Source: Candidatus Dojkabacteria bacterium (GTDB lineage Bacteria; Patescibacteriota; Dojkabacteria; SC72). From it: a stretch of 64,000 nt of DNA. The notes below the pieces were generated by a model. The model was not told the DNA's origin and searched no databases. It saw nothing but the letters and a program-made list of their open reading frames with translations. Shown here piece by piece: positions 30,094-39,849 of this stretch. Location: assembly GCA_040767225.1 (NCBI GenBank), contig JAXGOY010000001.1, positions 31,128 through 95,127 on the forward strand, written 5' to 3'. Position numbers and translations under genes: made by a program. Numbering within the stretch: position 1 is the first letter of the stretch; every line of letters starts with the position of its first letter.

Positions 30094-31215
30094 TTACTCT
30101 TCTTTTTTATCTACAACTTCTTCTTGAGTATCCTCTGCATACTTTTCTACAGCATCTGTCTCCTCTCCCTGTGCACCAACTATATCTATCTTTACCCCCG
30201 TTAGCTTACATGCAAGTCTTACATTTTGTCCATCTCTTCCAATTGCTAAGGATAGCTGGTCAGATGGAGAAACAACAGTTGCAGTATCACCAAGTATTTC
30301 AACAGACTCAACCTTTGCAGGACTTAATGCATTAGCTACAAATCTTTCTAAATCCTCATCCCATTCAATTATATCAATTTTCTCTTCACCAAGCTCATTC
30401 ATAACATTTGCAATACGCATTCCTCTTTGACCAACACAAGAACCAATAGGGTCAATTCCTTCTTGATGGGATACAACTGCAATCTTGCTCCTTGAACCTG
30501 CTTCTCTTGCTACAGCCTTAATTTCTACAATTCCAGATTCAATCTCTGGAACCTCAAGTTTAAAGAGCTCAATTAAAAAATTAGGATCAGACCTTGAAAC
30601 AATCATGTCAGAATCTTCAATACTTTTAAGAAGCACTTTATATCTCTCCCCAACCCTATAAAACTCATTTGCAATCTGCTCTTCAGGAGGCATATATGCT
30701 ACTGCTTTCCCTATCTCCATAACTGCAGTACCTTTCTGCATCCTCTGCATTAATGCAGTAAATACCTGTCCCACTTTATCACTAAATTCACTTAACACAG
30801 ACTCTTTTTCAGATTCCCTTATCTTTTGCAAAAGTACCTGTTTAGCAGTTTGTGTTGCAATTCTTCCTAAATCCTCTGATGGCATCTCTATCTGAATAGA
30901 ATCACCCACTTCTACATTAGGTGATATCAACTCTGCTTCACTCAGTGCAATTTCTTTTTCAGGATTCTTAACTCTTTTAACAACTTCCTTAAGTGCAAAA
31001 AGCTTAAACTCGCCCGTTTCTCTGTTTACCTCTACAACCAAGTTACTTCCTGCTTTCTCTTCCTCATCATCCTCATTCTCTACTCTCCCATATTTTTCTT
31101 TTCTAACAGCACTAAGTATTGCAGATTCTAAAGCTTTAAAAACCTCCTCTTTATCAATTCCTCTTTCTGCAGATATCTGATTTATCGCTGCAACAAGCTC
31201 TGATGTCATTGCCAT
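30094..31215 (-). CDS. nusA: Transcription termination factor NusA
   Basis: GRIATQTAKQ, VPEIESG, AREAGSRSKIAV, SLAIGRDGQNVRLA. Confidence 0.97.
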   Translation of the reverse strand: MAMTSELVAAINQISAERGIDKEEVFKALESAILSAVRKEKYGRVENEDDEEEKAGSNLVVEVNRETGEFKLFALKEVVKRVKNPEKEIALSEAELISPNVEVGDSIQIEMPSEDLGRIATQTAKQVLLQKIRESEKESVLSEFSDKVGQVFTALMQRMQKGTAVMEIGKAVAYMPPEEQIANEFYRVGERYKVLLKSIEDSDMIVSRSDPNFLIELFKLEVPEIESGIVEIKAVAREAGSRSKIAVVSHQEGIDPIGSCVGQRGMRIANVMNELGEEKIDIIEWDEDLERFVANALSPAKVESVEILGDTATVVSPSDQLSLAIGRDGQNVRLACKLTGVKIDIVGAQGEETDAVEKYAEDTQEEVVDKKEE

Positions 31216-31250
31216 AATATATATTCTTAAAAATTTAAATTGTTCATACT

Positions 31251-31276
31251 AAAAAAAAGGTGAGAAATACCTCACC
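31251..31276 (-). terminator. Intrinsic terminator/attenuator between dnaJ and nusA
   Basis: GGTGAG-gtattt-CTCACC followed by T8 on the minus strand. Confidence 0.75.
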
Positions 31277-31301
31277 ATCCCTAAAATACAACTACCATGA
31301 A

Positions 31302-31330
31302 AGTATACCACATCTATTACAAAATCCCAA
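31302..31330 (-). promoter_or_regulatory. Putative nusA promoter
   Basis: TTGGGA-17 nt-TATACT with TG extended -10. Confidence 0.5.
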
Positions 31331-31335
31331 ATGCA

Positions 31336-32433
31336 TTAAAGCTCACTTAACTCTTCCCACAATTTCTTTTCTTCTTTTTTAAGTCTCTTAGGAATATCCA
31401 CATTAACTTTTACATACAAATCTCCTCTTGCATTCTCTTTTCTAAGAATTGGAGCACCCTTCCCTTTAATTTTAAAGATTGTTCCTGGTTGAGTACCAGC
31501 AGGTATTTTTAATTTAACCTTTCCATCTATTGTTTCCACTTCAACAGTACCACCCAGTACTGCTGTATGTATAGGGATACTTTCAACAGAGTACAAATCA
31601 TTACCACGTCTATCAAACTTCTCTGAAGGCTCAACTTCTAATTCAATATACAAATCTCCATATTCTCCATCTAATGCGGCATTTCCACCTTCTCTAAATC
31701 TTAGTACCATACCATCATATGCTCCTGCAGGAATTTTAATCTTCATATCTTCTGTTTTTGATTCAAGGCCTGTACCACCACACTTACTACAAACAGACTC
31801 TGGAATAGTTCCTAAGCCTCCACACTTTGAACACTCTGTCATAACAGAAATTTGTCCTAAGAAGCTATTTTGAAGCCTTCTCTCTCTCCCAGTACCTTTA
31901 CAAACATCACATGTCTTTCTTTTACCAGTAGAACTTCCTGTTCCATTACACTCAGAGCACTTAACTTTCCTCTTTATCCTTACATTAAACTCACCACCCT
32001 TCATTGCTTCTTCAAATGTAAATCTCATCCTATACCTAATATCTTCACCCCTAGAGACTCTCTGCCTTCTTGCTGTCTGCTGTCCAAATCCAAAATCAAA
32101 CCCAAAATCACTTCCACCAAAGAATGTATTAAATATATCCCCCATATCAAATGGAGCACCTCCATATGTATAGTCAAATCCTCCTCCATTTCCACTTCTG
32201 GGATCAAAACCTTGTGTACCGGCATGACCATACTGGTCATATGCCTGTCTCTTTGCATCATCTGAAAGAACCTCATATGCCTCCTGTATCTCTTTAAACT
32301 TTTCTTCAGCATCCGCTTCTTTGTTTACATCAGGATGATACTTCTTCACAAGCCTTCTATATGCCCTCTTTATATCTTCTTTTTTAGCATCCTTGCTTAC
32401 ACCAAGGACTTCATAGTAATCTCTCTTTGTCAT
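31336..32433 (-). CDS. dnaJ: Chaperone DnaJ
   Basis: J domain with HPD, G/F-rich region, four CxxCxGxG repeats. Confidence 0.97.
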   Translation of the reverse strand: MTKRDYYEVLGVSKDAKKEDIKRAYRRLVKKYHPDVNKEADAEEKFKEIQEAYEVLSDDAKRQAYDQYGHAGTQGFDPRSGNGGGFDYTYGGAPFDMGDIFNTFFGGSDFGFDFGFGQQTARRQRVSRGEDIRYRMRFTFEEAMKGGEFNVRIKRKVKCSECNGTGSSTGKRKTCDVCKGTGRERRLQNSFLGQISVMTECSKCGGLGTIPESVCSKCGGTGLESKTEDMKIKIPAGAYDGMVLRFREGGNAALDGEYGDLYIELEVEPSEKFDRRGNDLYSVESIPIHTAVLGGTVEVETIDGKVKLKIPAGTQPGTIFKIKGKGAPILRKENARGDLYVKVNVDIPKRLKKEEKKLWEELSEL

Positions 32434-32514
32434 ACGGACAATATTCTAGCAGACAAATGAATTAAGTACCACATATGTGACATTGAAACACTTAATTGGT
32501 AATATATTCTACAT

Positions 32515-33309
32515 ATGGATGAAGACATTCGAATTAAAAAAGTAAGTGAGAAAAAGATATCAGAAACAAAGAAAACAATCTCTTGGATATTAGGAGTAAT
32601 TGGTATACTAATTATATTAAGTCAAGCTATTCCTCTTCTGGTATCATACATACAAGGACAAATACAGCTCTCAAAACAAAACTCAATGAAAGATCCACTT
32701 CCGCAGTCTTACAAACAGTATATACAAGATGAATTTGCATATTATGACCCAGGAAAAAGCTACTTTGAGAATCTATCTAAAACAGCAGAAGGACTTCAGT
32801 ATCAAGGACTTTTCTCCTATGACCCAACAACAAAAACAACAAAAGAAATTGTCGTAAACAAAGAATACAAAAAAAATATGTACCTTTCAATTCCAGAGGT
32901 AGGAATAGATAAAGTAAGATTAACTCCTAATGTAGAAAGCTCCGAAGAAAAAGTATATGACCAATATCTAAAATATGGTCTTGCCCATTTTAAAGGAACA
33001 CCACTCCCAGGTGATGGAGGAAACTCTTTCATATACGGACATAGTGCTGTTGAAAGTTTCTTTAAGTCTCACTCAAATCTTCCTGAAACAATATTCACAA
33101 GATTAGAGAATGTAGATATTGGAGATACAGTAGAGATATACAGAGATGACCAAGTTTTAAAATATGTTGTAAGAAACAAAAAGATTGTTTCTGCAGATGA
33201 TCTTTCAATACTTCAAACACAAACAGATAAAGAAACAGTTACATTAATGACATGCTGGCCACTAGGTGCTGGTATAAAAAGACTAGTGGTAGTAGCTGAA
33301 AGGATTTAA
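32515..33309 (+). CDS. Sortase
   Basis: N-terminal TM; YGHS, TLMTCWP and KRLVV give the His/Cys/Arg triad. Confidence 0.92.
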   Translation: MDEDIRIKKVSEKKISETKKTISWILGVIGILIILSQAIPLLVSYIQGQIQLSKQNSMKDPLPQSYKQYIQDEFAYYDPGKSYFENLSKTAEGLQYQGLFSYDPTTKTTKEIVVNKEYKKNMYLSIPEVGIDKVRLTPNVESSEEKVYDQYLKYGLAHFKGTPLPGDGGNSFIYGHSAVESFFKSHSNLPETIFTRLENVDIGDTVEIYRDDQVLKYVVRNKKIVSADDLSILQTQTDKETVTLMTCWPLGAGIKRLVVVAERI

Positions 33310-33327
33310 TTTGTGTAATATATATGT

Positions 33328-34635
33328 ATGGACGAAAAAAAGAAAAAAATATTAAAGATCCTTGCAATAGTAGTTGGCTTTGTAATAGTGCTATCAATTT
33401 TAATGGCTGTACTAAGCAGTAGTAAACCAAAACAAGTTGAACTAACTTTCTGGGGCTTCTGGGAAGAAGAAGAGGTAATGCACCCTCTAATTGAGAAATA
33501 TGAAGCTGAAAATCCTGGTGTAAAGATAACATATGCAATTCAACCATTAAGAAATTATGAGTCTTTGCTATATACAAGACTTGAGCAGGCAGAAATATCA
33601 AATGAGCCTGCACCTGATATAGCAATGATACATAACAGCTGGGTGCCAAAATTTAGAAAATATCTGTCACCTCTCCCTTCATCTGTAATGAGTGCAGATG
33701 AATACAGTAAAGAATTTTACCCAACAGCAATAGAAGATTTTACTGGAAGTGATGGAAAAATATATGCAATTCCTCTTCAAATTGATGGCCTTATGATTAT
33801 ATACAACAAAGAACTCCTTAGAGAAGCTGGGTATAATGTACCTCCGACTGACTGGGACTCCTTTATGGAAGCAGCAGATAATCTTACAAAAAGAGATGCA
33901 AATGGAAAAATTATACAATCTGGTTTAGCAATTGGTACATCAAGAAATATTACCCACTCAACAGATATACTTTTCTACTTCTATCTTCAAAATCTCGCTC
34001 AAATACTTAGCGAAGATAAAACAATGATGAATCTTACATCCCCCAGGGCACTTGCTGCATTTGATAAATACACCTCATTTGTAAAAGAGAAAAACCCTAC
34101 TTGGGCATCATATCTCCCTAATGATCTTACATATTTCGTTGATGGAAAGGTTGCAATGATGTTTGGAACAAGCTGGAGAGCACTTGAAATACTGGAATAT
34201 ACAGAAGATATAGAGTTTGGACTCGCTCCATTGCCACGTCTTACAAACAATGATGAGGTCTACTATGCTACATATTGGGGAACTACTGTAAGTAAAACAA
34301 GTAAAGACACTTTAGAAGCATGGAAATTTGTAAAGTTTTTAAGTGAGCCAGAACAGCTACGAAGACTCTATCAAAATGCTGCTAAGACAAGAGCATTTGG
34401 TGAACCGTATTCTAGAGTATCTATGAATGCCGAGTTAGCTGAAAACAAGTATACACAGGCACTTGCATACATGGCTCCATATATGAAATCATTCCAAGTA
34501 GGAGAACAGGCATTTGTTGAAGAAAAACTTAAACAAGCAATAACTGCTGTAGCAGAAAATGGAAGATCCAGTAACTCTACCCTACAAGCTATTCAAAACG
34601 AAATTAATATTAAACTTGCAGTAAGCAATAAATAA
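33328..34635 (+). CDS. Extracellular solute-binding protein (carbohydrate ABC type), TM-anchored
   Basis: LTFWG, APDI, GKIYAIP, YNKELL, PTDWD, GKVAM, AWKFVKFL. Confidence 0.88.
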   Translation: MDEKKKKILKILAIVVGFVIVLSILMAVLSSSKPKQVELTFWGFWEEEEVMHPLIEKYEAENPGVKITYAIQPLRNYESLLYTRLEQAEISNEPAPDIAMIHNSWVPKFRKYLSPLPSSVMSADEYSKEFYPTAIEDFTGSDGKIYAIPLQIDGLMIIYNKELLREAGYNVPPTDWDSFMEAADNLTKRDANGKIIQSGLAIGTSRNITHSTDILFYFYLQNLAQILSEDKTMMNLTSPRALAAFDKYTSFVKEKNPTWASYLPNDLTYFVDGKVAMMFGTSWRALEILEYTEDIEFGLAPLPRLTNNDEVYYATYWGTTVSKTSKDTLEAWKFVKFLSEPEQLRRLYQNAAKTRAFGEPYSRVSMNAELAENKYTQALAYMAPYMKSFQVGEQAFVEEKLKQAITAVAENGRSSNSTLQAIQNEINIKLAVSNK

Positions 34636-34652
34636 AGAATAATATATATTAG

Positions 34653-36581
34653 ATGAGTAACAGAATTAACCCAACAAAAAGAAAAAACAAGGAGCTATTC
34701 CTTACACTCCTACTGTTGCTTACACTCCCTGTTTTTGTATTTAGTATTATAGAAAACAGGAGTTTTGATACAAGAAATAAAGCCTTTGAGGAAATTATGC
34801 TTAGTAAACTTAATCCCTGTATTATTACCTTTCCTAATGTTAATCCATATACACTTGAAGTAAATAAAACTGTAAGAATTCAGGTAGATGCAATATCTGA
34901 CAGCTCTTCAATTAAGGAAATAACAATAAAAGATGAAAGAGGAGAAACACTGTTTAATAAGGAATATGATTCTACAATTAACACAAGGGTAACAGAGTCT
35001 TTTGCATATACACCTAAATTTGAAGGAGCATACAATCTCACAGGTACATTGGTTGATATGACAGGAAAAAGCTTTGCATGTGTAATAAGTAGTCCATATA
35101 AAATGGCTGATGAAAAGGCAGTAAAAGCAATTACATCTAACTCTAAACCTGAGTTTATAACTACCCCGCAAGCATCTAAACCCTCACAAAGTATTAAAGT
35201 AGGAGAAACATATGAATATTCACTTGAAGCACAAGATACAGATAAAGATACAATAAATTATGCTTTTTCATTTACAAAAGGAGAAACATGGCTAAAGGCA
35301 ACAGTAATTAATGATGGTGGAAAGGGAAAGCTAAGTATAAAGTTTAGGGGAACACCTAAAAGAGCAGGAAGCTATCTAGCAAATGTCTTCATACATGATG
35401 GATACAGTATGCATCTTTCTTCTCAATCCTGGGTTATAAGTGTAAGCCCAGAAGGAAATGATAATCCTGTAGTTACAATAATAGACCCAGTTTCAGATAT
35501 GAAGATTACACAAGATACTAAACTTACAGTAACTTGGGAAGTAATTGATAGCAATCAAATATTAAAATATGAAATATATATTACTTCTAACCCTGCAAAT
35601 GAATCAGCATGGAAAGCAATAGATACAAATATACCATCAACTCAAAATTCATATACTATTGATCTATCAGGATTAGAAAATGGTGCTTACAGAGTGATAG
35701 TAAGAGCAATAGATGACCAAGACCCAGCAGGAGTAGGAATTGATGTTTCAAAAGAGATAATTATGGCAAAAGAGGAAGAAGAAGGACCTGATGATAAAGT
35801 AGAACTTCCACAACCACAAGTAATTAATGTATCTCCTACAAGTACTGATGAAATAAGTAATACCTCACCGACTATAAAGGCCTCTCTTATCGCAACTCAA
35901 AATAATACAATAGTAGAGGATAGTATTGTCTTTAAGATAGATGATATTGACAAGACAGAAGAATTAAAAATAAACAAAATATCAGATTCTGAGCATACAT
36001 TAATATATATTCCTGAAACACCCCTTGCTGAAGGTTTACATAAAGTATCTGTATCATTTAAAGATTCTAGTGGAGAAGATATAACTAAAGAGTGGACATT
36101 TACAATATCAGGAACACAGCAGGGTGATACTTTTAACATATTTGGTCTTGAAATATCTAAAAGAACTACGTACATAATACTGGGAGGAATAACACTAATA
36201 CTTCTTGCGATATTTATACCTTCTATCATTTCCTCTTTATGGAAAGAAGATTCTAAACAAGCATCAGCGGAAAACATGGCACTTCCAGAATCAATACCAC
36301 CTACTCCTCCAACCGAGATGCCTCAACCTAGTCCCCAACCGACACAAAGTACTGCCCAGCCACAAGAGTCTGAACAAGTATTTCAAGCACCTGAGCCTGA
36401 AATACCACAAATGCCTCAACCTAGCCCCCAACCGACACAAAGTACTGCCCAACCACAGGAACCCCAAGCTACATTTACAGCCCCTGAACCACAAGAAGAT
36501 CTTTCATTGCTCTATGAGGAGATAAAGAAACTAGAGGAAGAGACTCAAACAAAAGAAACACCCAATAACTCTACAGAGTAA
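34653..36581 (+). CDS. Ig-like-domain surface protein with N- and C-terminal TMs and a Pro/Gln-rich tail
   Basis: Ig/cadherin-like modules (YEYSLEAQDTDKDTINY; LENGAYRVIVRAID; LAEGLHKVSV), second TM near aa 508-530. Confidence 0.75.
   Translation: MSNRINPTKRKNKELFLTLLLLLTLPVFVFSIIENRSFDTRNKAFEEIMLSKLNPCIITFPNVNPYTLEVNKTVRIQVDAISDSSSIKEITIKDERGETLFNKEYDSTINTRVTESFAYTPKFEGAYNLTGTLVDMTGKSFACVISSPYKMADEKAVKAITSNSKPEFITTPQASKPSQSIKVGETYEYSLEAQDTDKDTINYAFSFTKGETWLKATVINDGGKGKLSIKFRGTPKRAGSYLANVFIHDGYSMHLSSQSWVISVSPEGNDNPVVTIIDPVSDMKITQDTKLTVTWEVIDSNQILKYEIYITSNPANESAWKAIDTNIPSTQNSYTIDLSGLENGAYRVIVRAIDDQDPAGVGIDVSKEIIMAKEEEEGPDDKVELPQPQVINVSPTSTDEISNTSPTIKASLIATQNNTIVEDSIVFKIDDIDKTEELKINKISDSEHTLIYIPETPLAEGLHKVSVSFKDSSGEDITKEWTFTISGTQQGDTFNIFGLEISKRTTYIILGGITLILLAIFIPSIISSLWKEDSKQASAENMALPESIPPTPPTEMPQPSPQPTQSTAQPQESEQVFQAPEPEIPQMPQPSPQPTQSTAQPQEPQATFTAPEPQEDLSLLYEEIKKLEEETQTKETPNNSTE
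36318..36492 (+). repeat. Two-copy intragenic tandem repeat, 93-nt period
   Basis: atgcctcaacctag(t/c)ccccaaccgacacaaagtactgccca at 36318 and 36411, encoding MPQPSPQPTQSTAQPQE. Confidence 0.9.
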
Positions 36582-36604
36582 ATCCTTTCTGATATAATTA
36601 TCAA

Positions 36605-38392
36605 ATGAGAAAACTTACATATGCACAACTGCGAAATGAATATATAGACTTTTTCAAAAACAAAGGTCATATTGAAATACCTAATGCTCCACTTGTCCCA
36701 GAAGATGATCCTTCAGTCCTTTTTGTAAATGCTGGAATGTTTCCCCTTGTTCCATTTCTAAAAGGAGAAAAACACCCACTAGGAAACAGACTTGTAAACT
36801 CTCAAAGATGTTTAAGAACAGGTGATATAGATGAGGTTGGAGATGAGTATCACTGTACTACTTTTGAGATGTTAGGAAATTGGTCTTTAAATGACTATTT
36901 CAAGAAAGAAGCAATAGAGATGACAATGGAATTCTTCATTGATGTACTGCAAATGGATATAAATAGAATATATGTTTCAGTATTTAAGGGGGAAGACAAT
37001 ATACCAAAAGATACAACCTCTATTGAAATATGGAAAAGTGTATTTTCAAAATATGGTATTGATGCTAATGTCGGAAATAATGAAAAAATTCAAGAGTTTG
37101 GAAAGAAAAATAACTGGTGGGGACTGACTACAGGAGGACCATGTGGACCTGATTCAGAAATCTTTTATGACACAGGCAAACAACCATGTAATAACAACTG
37201 TAATGTTAATTGTAATTGCGGGAAATATATTGAGATAGGAAATAATGTGTTTATGGAATATCTCTTTGAAAATGGAGAGTATCTAGCTCTTGGAAGACAT
37301 AATGTGGATTTTGGTGGAGGCCTTGAAAGAGTTACAATGATAAGTCAAAATGCAGGCTCCTTCTATGAAACAGATATATACAAACCTGTACTAAATAAAG
37401 TAAAAGAACTCTCAAAAATAGATAACTTGCACTCACAAAGAATAATAGCTGATCATATAAAGGCAGCAGTAATTGTAATAATGGATGGAATAACACCATC
37501 AAATACTATGCAAGGATATGTCTTAAGAAGGCTAATAAGAAGAGCAATGAGGCATGCAAGAATAGTTGGTATAGAGAATGGTTTTACCTCAGTAATTGGA
37601 GATATATGTATAGACCAGTTCAAACAGATATATCCTCAACTTGATAAACAAAGAAATTACATATTAAATGAATTAAAAAAAGAAGAAGACAGATTTAATA
37701 AAACACTTGATAAAGGATTAAAAGAGCTTGATAAATATATCTCTCATACAAATACAATATCAGGAAAAGAAATATTTACACTCTATGAAACTTATGGTTT
37801 ACCTAAAGAAGTAACAGAGGAAATACTTACTGAAAAAAATATAACTGTTACCAATCCTGAAAGCTTTGAAGAAGCAAAAAAACTGCATCAGGAAAAGTCC
37901 AGAACCTCATCTGCAGGGATATTTAAAGGTGGTCTTGCAGATACATCAGAAATGTCAACAAAATATCATACAGCTACACATCTTCTACTAGCAGCATTAA
38001 GAAAAGTATTAGGAAATCATGTATATCAAAAGGGAAGTAATATTACACCTGAAAGATTACGACTAGACTTTCCAAATCAGGAAAATCTTACACAAGAGCA
38101 GCTTCAGAAAGTAGAAGATTTAGTTAACCAAGCTATAAAAGAAAAACTCCCTGTTACATACGAGCAATTACCAAAAGAAGAAGCATTAAAACTTGTTCCT
38201 TTTGCAGCATTTAAAGAAAAATATGGAGATACTGTAAAAGTATATTACATAGGTGATAAGAAAAATCCATTCTCAATTGAAATATGCAATGGACCACATG
38301 TTGATAACACATCTGTATTAGGTACCTTTAAAATCATAAAGCAGGAGAGTGTAGGAAATGGAATAAAAAGAATAAAAGGAGTTCTTAACTAA
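36605..38392 (+). CDS. alaS: Alanine--tRNA ligase (short form)
   Basis: LFVNAGM, FEMLGNWS, GGPCGPDSEIF, GYVLRRLIRRA, HTATH and CNGPH editing motifs. Confidence 0.96.
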   Translation: MRKLTYAQLRNEYIDFFKNKGHIEIPNAPLVPEDDPSVLFVNAGMFPLVPFLKGEKHPLGNRLVNSQRCLRTGDIDEVGDEYHCTTFEMLGNWSLNDYFKKEAIEMTMEFFIDVLQMDINRIYVSVFKGEDNIPKDTTSIEIWKSVFSKYGIDANVGNNEKIQEFGKKNNWWGLTTGGPCGPDSEIFYDTGKQPCNNNCNVNCNCGKYIEIGNNVFMEYLFENGEYLALGRHNVDFGGGLERVTMISQNAGSFYETDIYKPVLNKVKELSKIDNLHSQRIIADHIKAAVIVIMDGITPSNTMQGYVLRRLIRRAMRHARIVGIENGFTSVIGDICIDQFKQIYPQLDKQRNYILNELKKEEDRFNKTLDKGLKELDKYISHTNTISGKEIFTLYETYGLPKEVTEEILTEKNITVTNPESFEEAKKLHQEKSRTSSAGIFKGGLADTSEMSTKYHTATHLLLAALRKVLGNHVYQKGSNITPERLRLDFPNQENLTQEQLQKVEDLVNQAIKEKLPVTYEQLPKEEALKLVPFAAFKEKYGDTVKVYYIGDKKNPFSIEICNGPHVDNTSVLGTFKIIKQESVGNGIKRIKGVLN

Positions 38393-38393
38393 T

Positions 38394-38846
38394 ATGAATA
38401 TACAATATCCTATCTTAGCAATTGATTACGGAGCAAAAAGAATAGGTTTAGCCATATCAGATAGTAAAGGCTTAATTGCCTCACCTTTAACTGTACTTAA
38501 TGTAACCAAGAATATGGGAATTAATAAAATAATAGAAGAAATTAAATCAATAATTGAGGAGTATAGAATAAAGACAATTTTAATAGGAAGACCTCAGGCA
38601 TTTCAGAGTACATATACTAAGTCTTTAAAGAAAATAGACTCTTTTGCACAAAAGATAAAAGATGATATAAGGATACCTGTAACATTTTATGATGAGAGTT
38701 ATTCTACTATTCAAGCTCAAAATATGTTACTATCTCTTGGTCAGAATACTAAATCTACGAAGAGTAAAATTGATATGATATCTGCAACAGTGTTCCTTCA
38801 AGAATTCTTAAATTCTAAACAAAATAAAAATGAAAAGCTTAATTAA
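38394..38846 (+). CDS. ruvX: YqgF/RuvX family nuclease
   Basis: LAIDYGAKRIGLAISD, DESYST, IDMISA; alaS-ruvX-mltG synteny. Confidence 0.93.
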   Translation: MNIQYPILAIDYGAKRIGLAISDSKGLIASPLTVLNVTKNMGINKIIEEIKSIIEEYRIKTILIGRPQAFQSTYTKSLKKIDSFAQKIKDDIRIPVTFYDESYSTIQAQNMLLSLGQNTKSTKSKIDMISATVFLQEFLNSKQNKNEKLN

Positions 38847-39828
38847 AATAATAATGTTAGCAGTAATTACTGTAATAGCTATAACAATTTTAGCAAAAGT
38901 AAACTTTAACTCTGTTATTAAAAAACCAAATAGTGAAAGTAGTGAGAAAGTTACATTGCAGATAGAACAGGGGGAATCTGTTGATTCAATAATTGATAAA
39001 TTAGTTGATGCTGGGATATTAAAAGAAAATTGGAAGAACCACTTTAAGTATTATCTTAAAATAAATGATTTATCTCAAAAGCTCCAAGCAGGAATATATG
39101 AAATTCCTAAGAATTTAAATATAAAGGAGATTGCAGAAACTCTTCAGCAGGCAAGAGGTTTAGATATATGGGTAACAATTCCAGAAGGACTCAGAAAAGA
39201 TGAAATTGCAGAAATACTTGCAACAGAGCTTGCAAAAGGAGGATATAAGAATTTTAACTCTTCTGATTTTCTTAAATTAACAACTAATCCATCCTTCATT
39301 CAGTCTTTAGGATTTAATTACGAATTAACTGATTTAGAAGGTTTTCTTTTCCCAGATAAATATGCATTCTCAGTAGATGAAACAATCGAAGATATCTTAA
39401 AGAAATTAACAAATAATTTTAAAGCAAAGGTAGGAACTGAAGATAGCTATGAAGATATAATCATAGCTAGTATGGTTGAAAGAGAAGGATACAATGCACA
39501 GGATAGAGCAATGATTGCTGATATTATACAAAGAAGATACGAAGAGGGATGGCTTCTTCAAATAGATGCAACACTTCTTTACCCACTAAAAGATTGGAAG
39601 CATGTAATTACTCAAGAAGATAAAGGTAGTGATAATCCATATAATACATATAAATACGCTGGTCTCCCACCTACTCCGATATGCAACCCTGGGCTGGAAT
39701 CAATTAATGCTGTAAGAAACCCACAGCATAATGACTACTATTATTACATTCACGATGAAGAAGGAAATATCTACTATGCTAAGAATTTAACAGAGCATAA
39801 TCAAAATATTGAGAAATATCTGAAATAA
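38830..39828 (+). CDS. mltG: Endolytic transglycosylase MltG
   Basis: TIPEG, LEGFLFPDKY, ASMVERE, LQIDAT, PYNTY..GLPPTPICNPG. Confidence 0.95.
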   Translation: MKSLIKIIMLAVITVIAITILAKVNFNSVIKKPNSESSEKVTLQIEQGESVDSIIDKLVDAGILKENWKNHFKYYLKINDLSQKLQAGIYEIPKNLNIKEIAETLQQARGLDIWVTIPEGLRKDEIAEILATELAKGGYKNFNSSDFLKLTTNPSFIQSLGFNYELTDLEGFLFPDKYAFSVDETIEDILKKLTNNFKAKVGTEDSYEDIIIASMVEREGYNAQDRAMIADIIQRRYEEGWLLQIDATLLYPLKDWKHVITQEDKGSDNPYNTYKYAGLPPTPICNPGLESINAVRNPQHNDYYYYIHDEEGNIYYAKNLTEHNQNIEKYLK

Positions 39829-39849
39829 CTAAGTTCTAAGATATATCTT

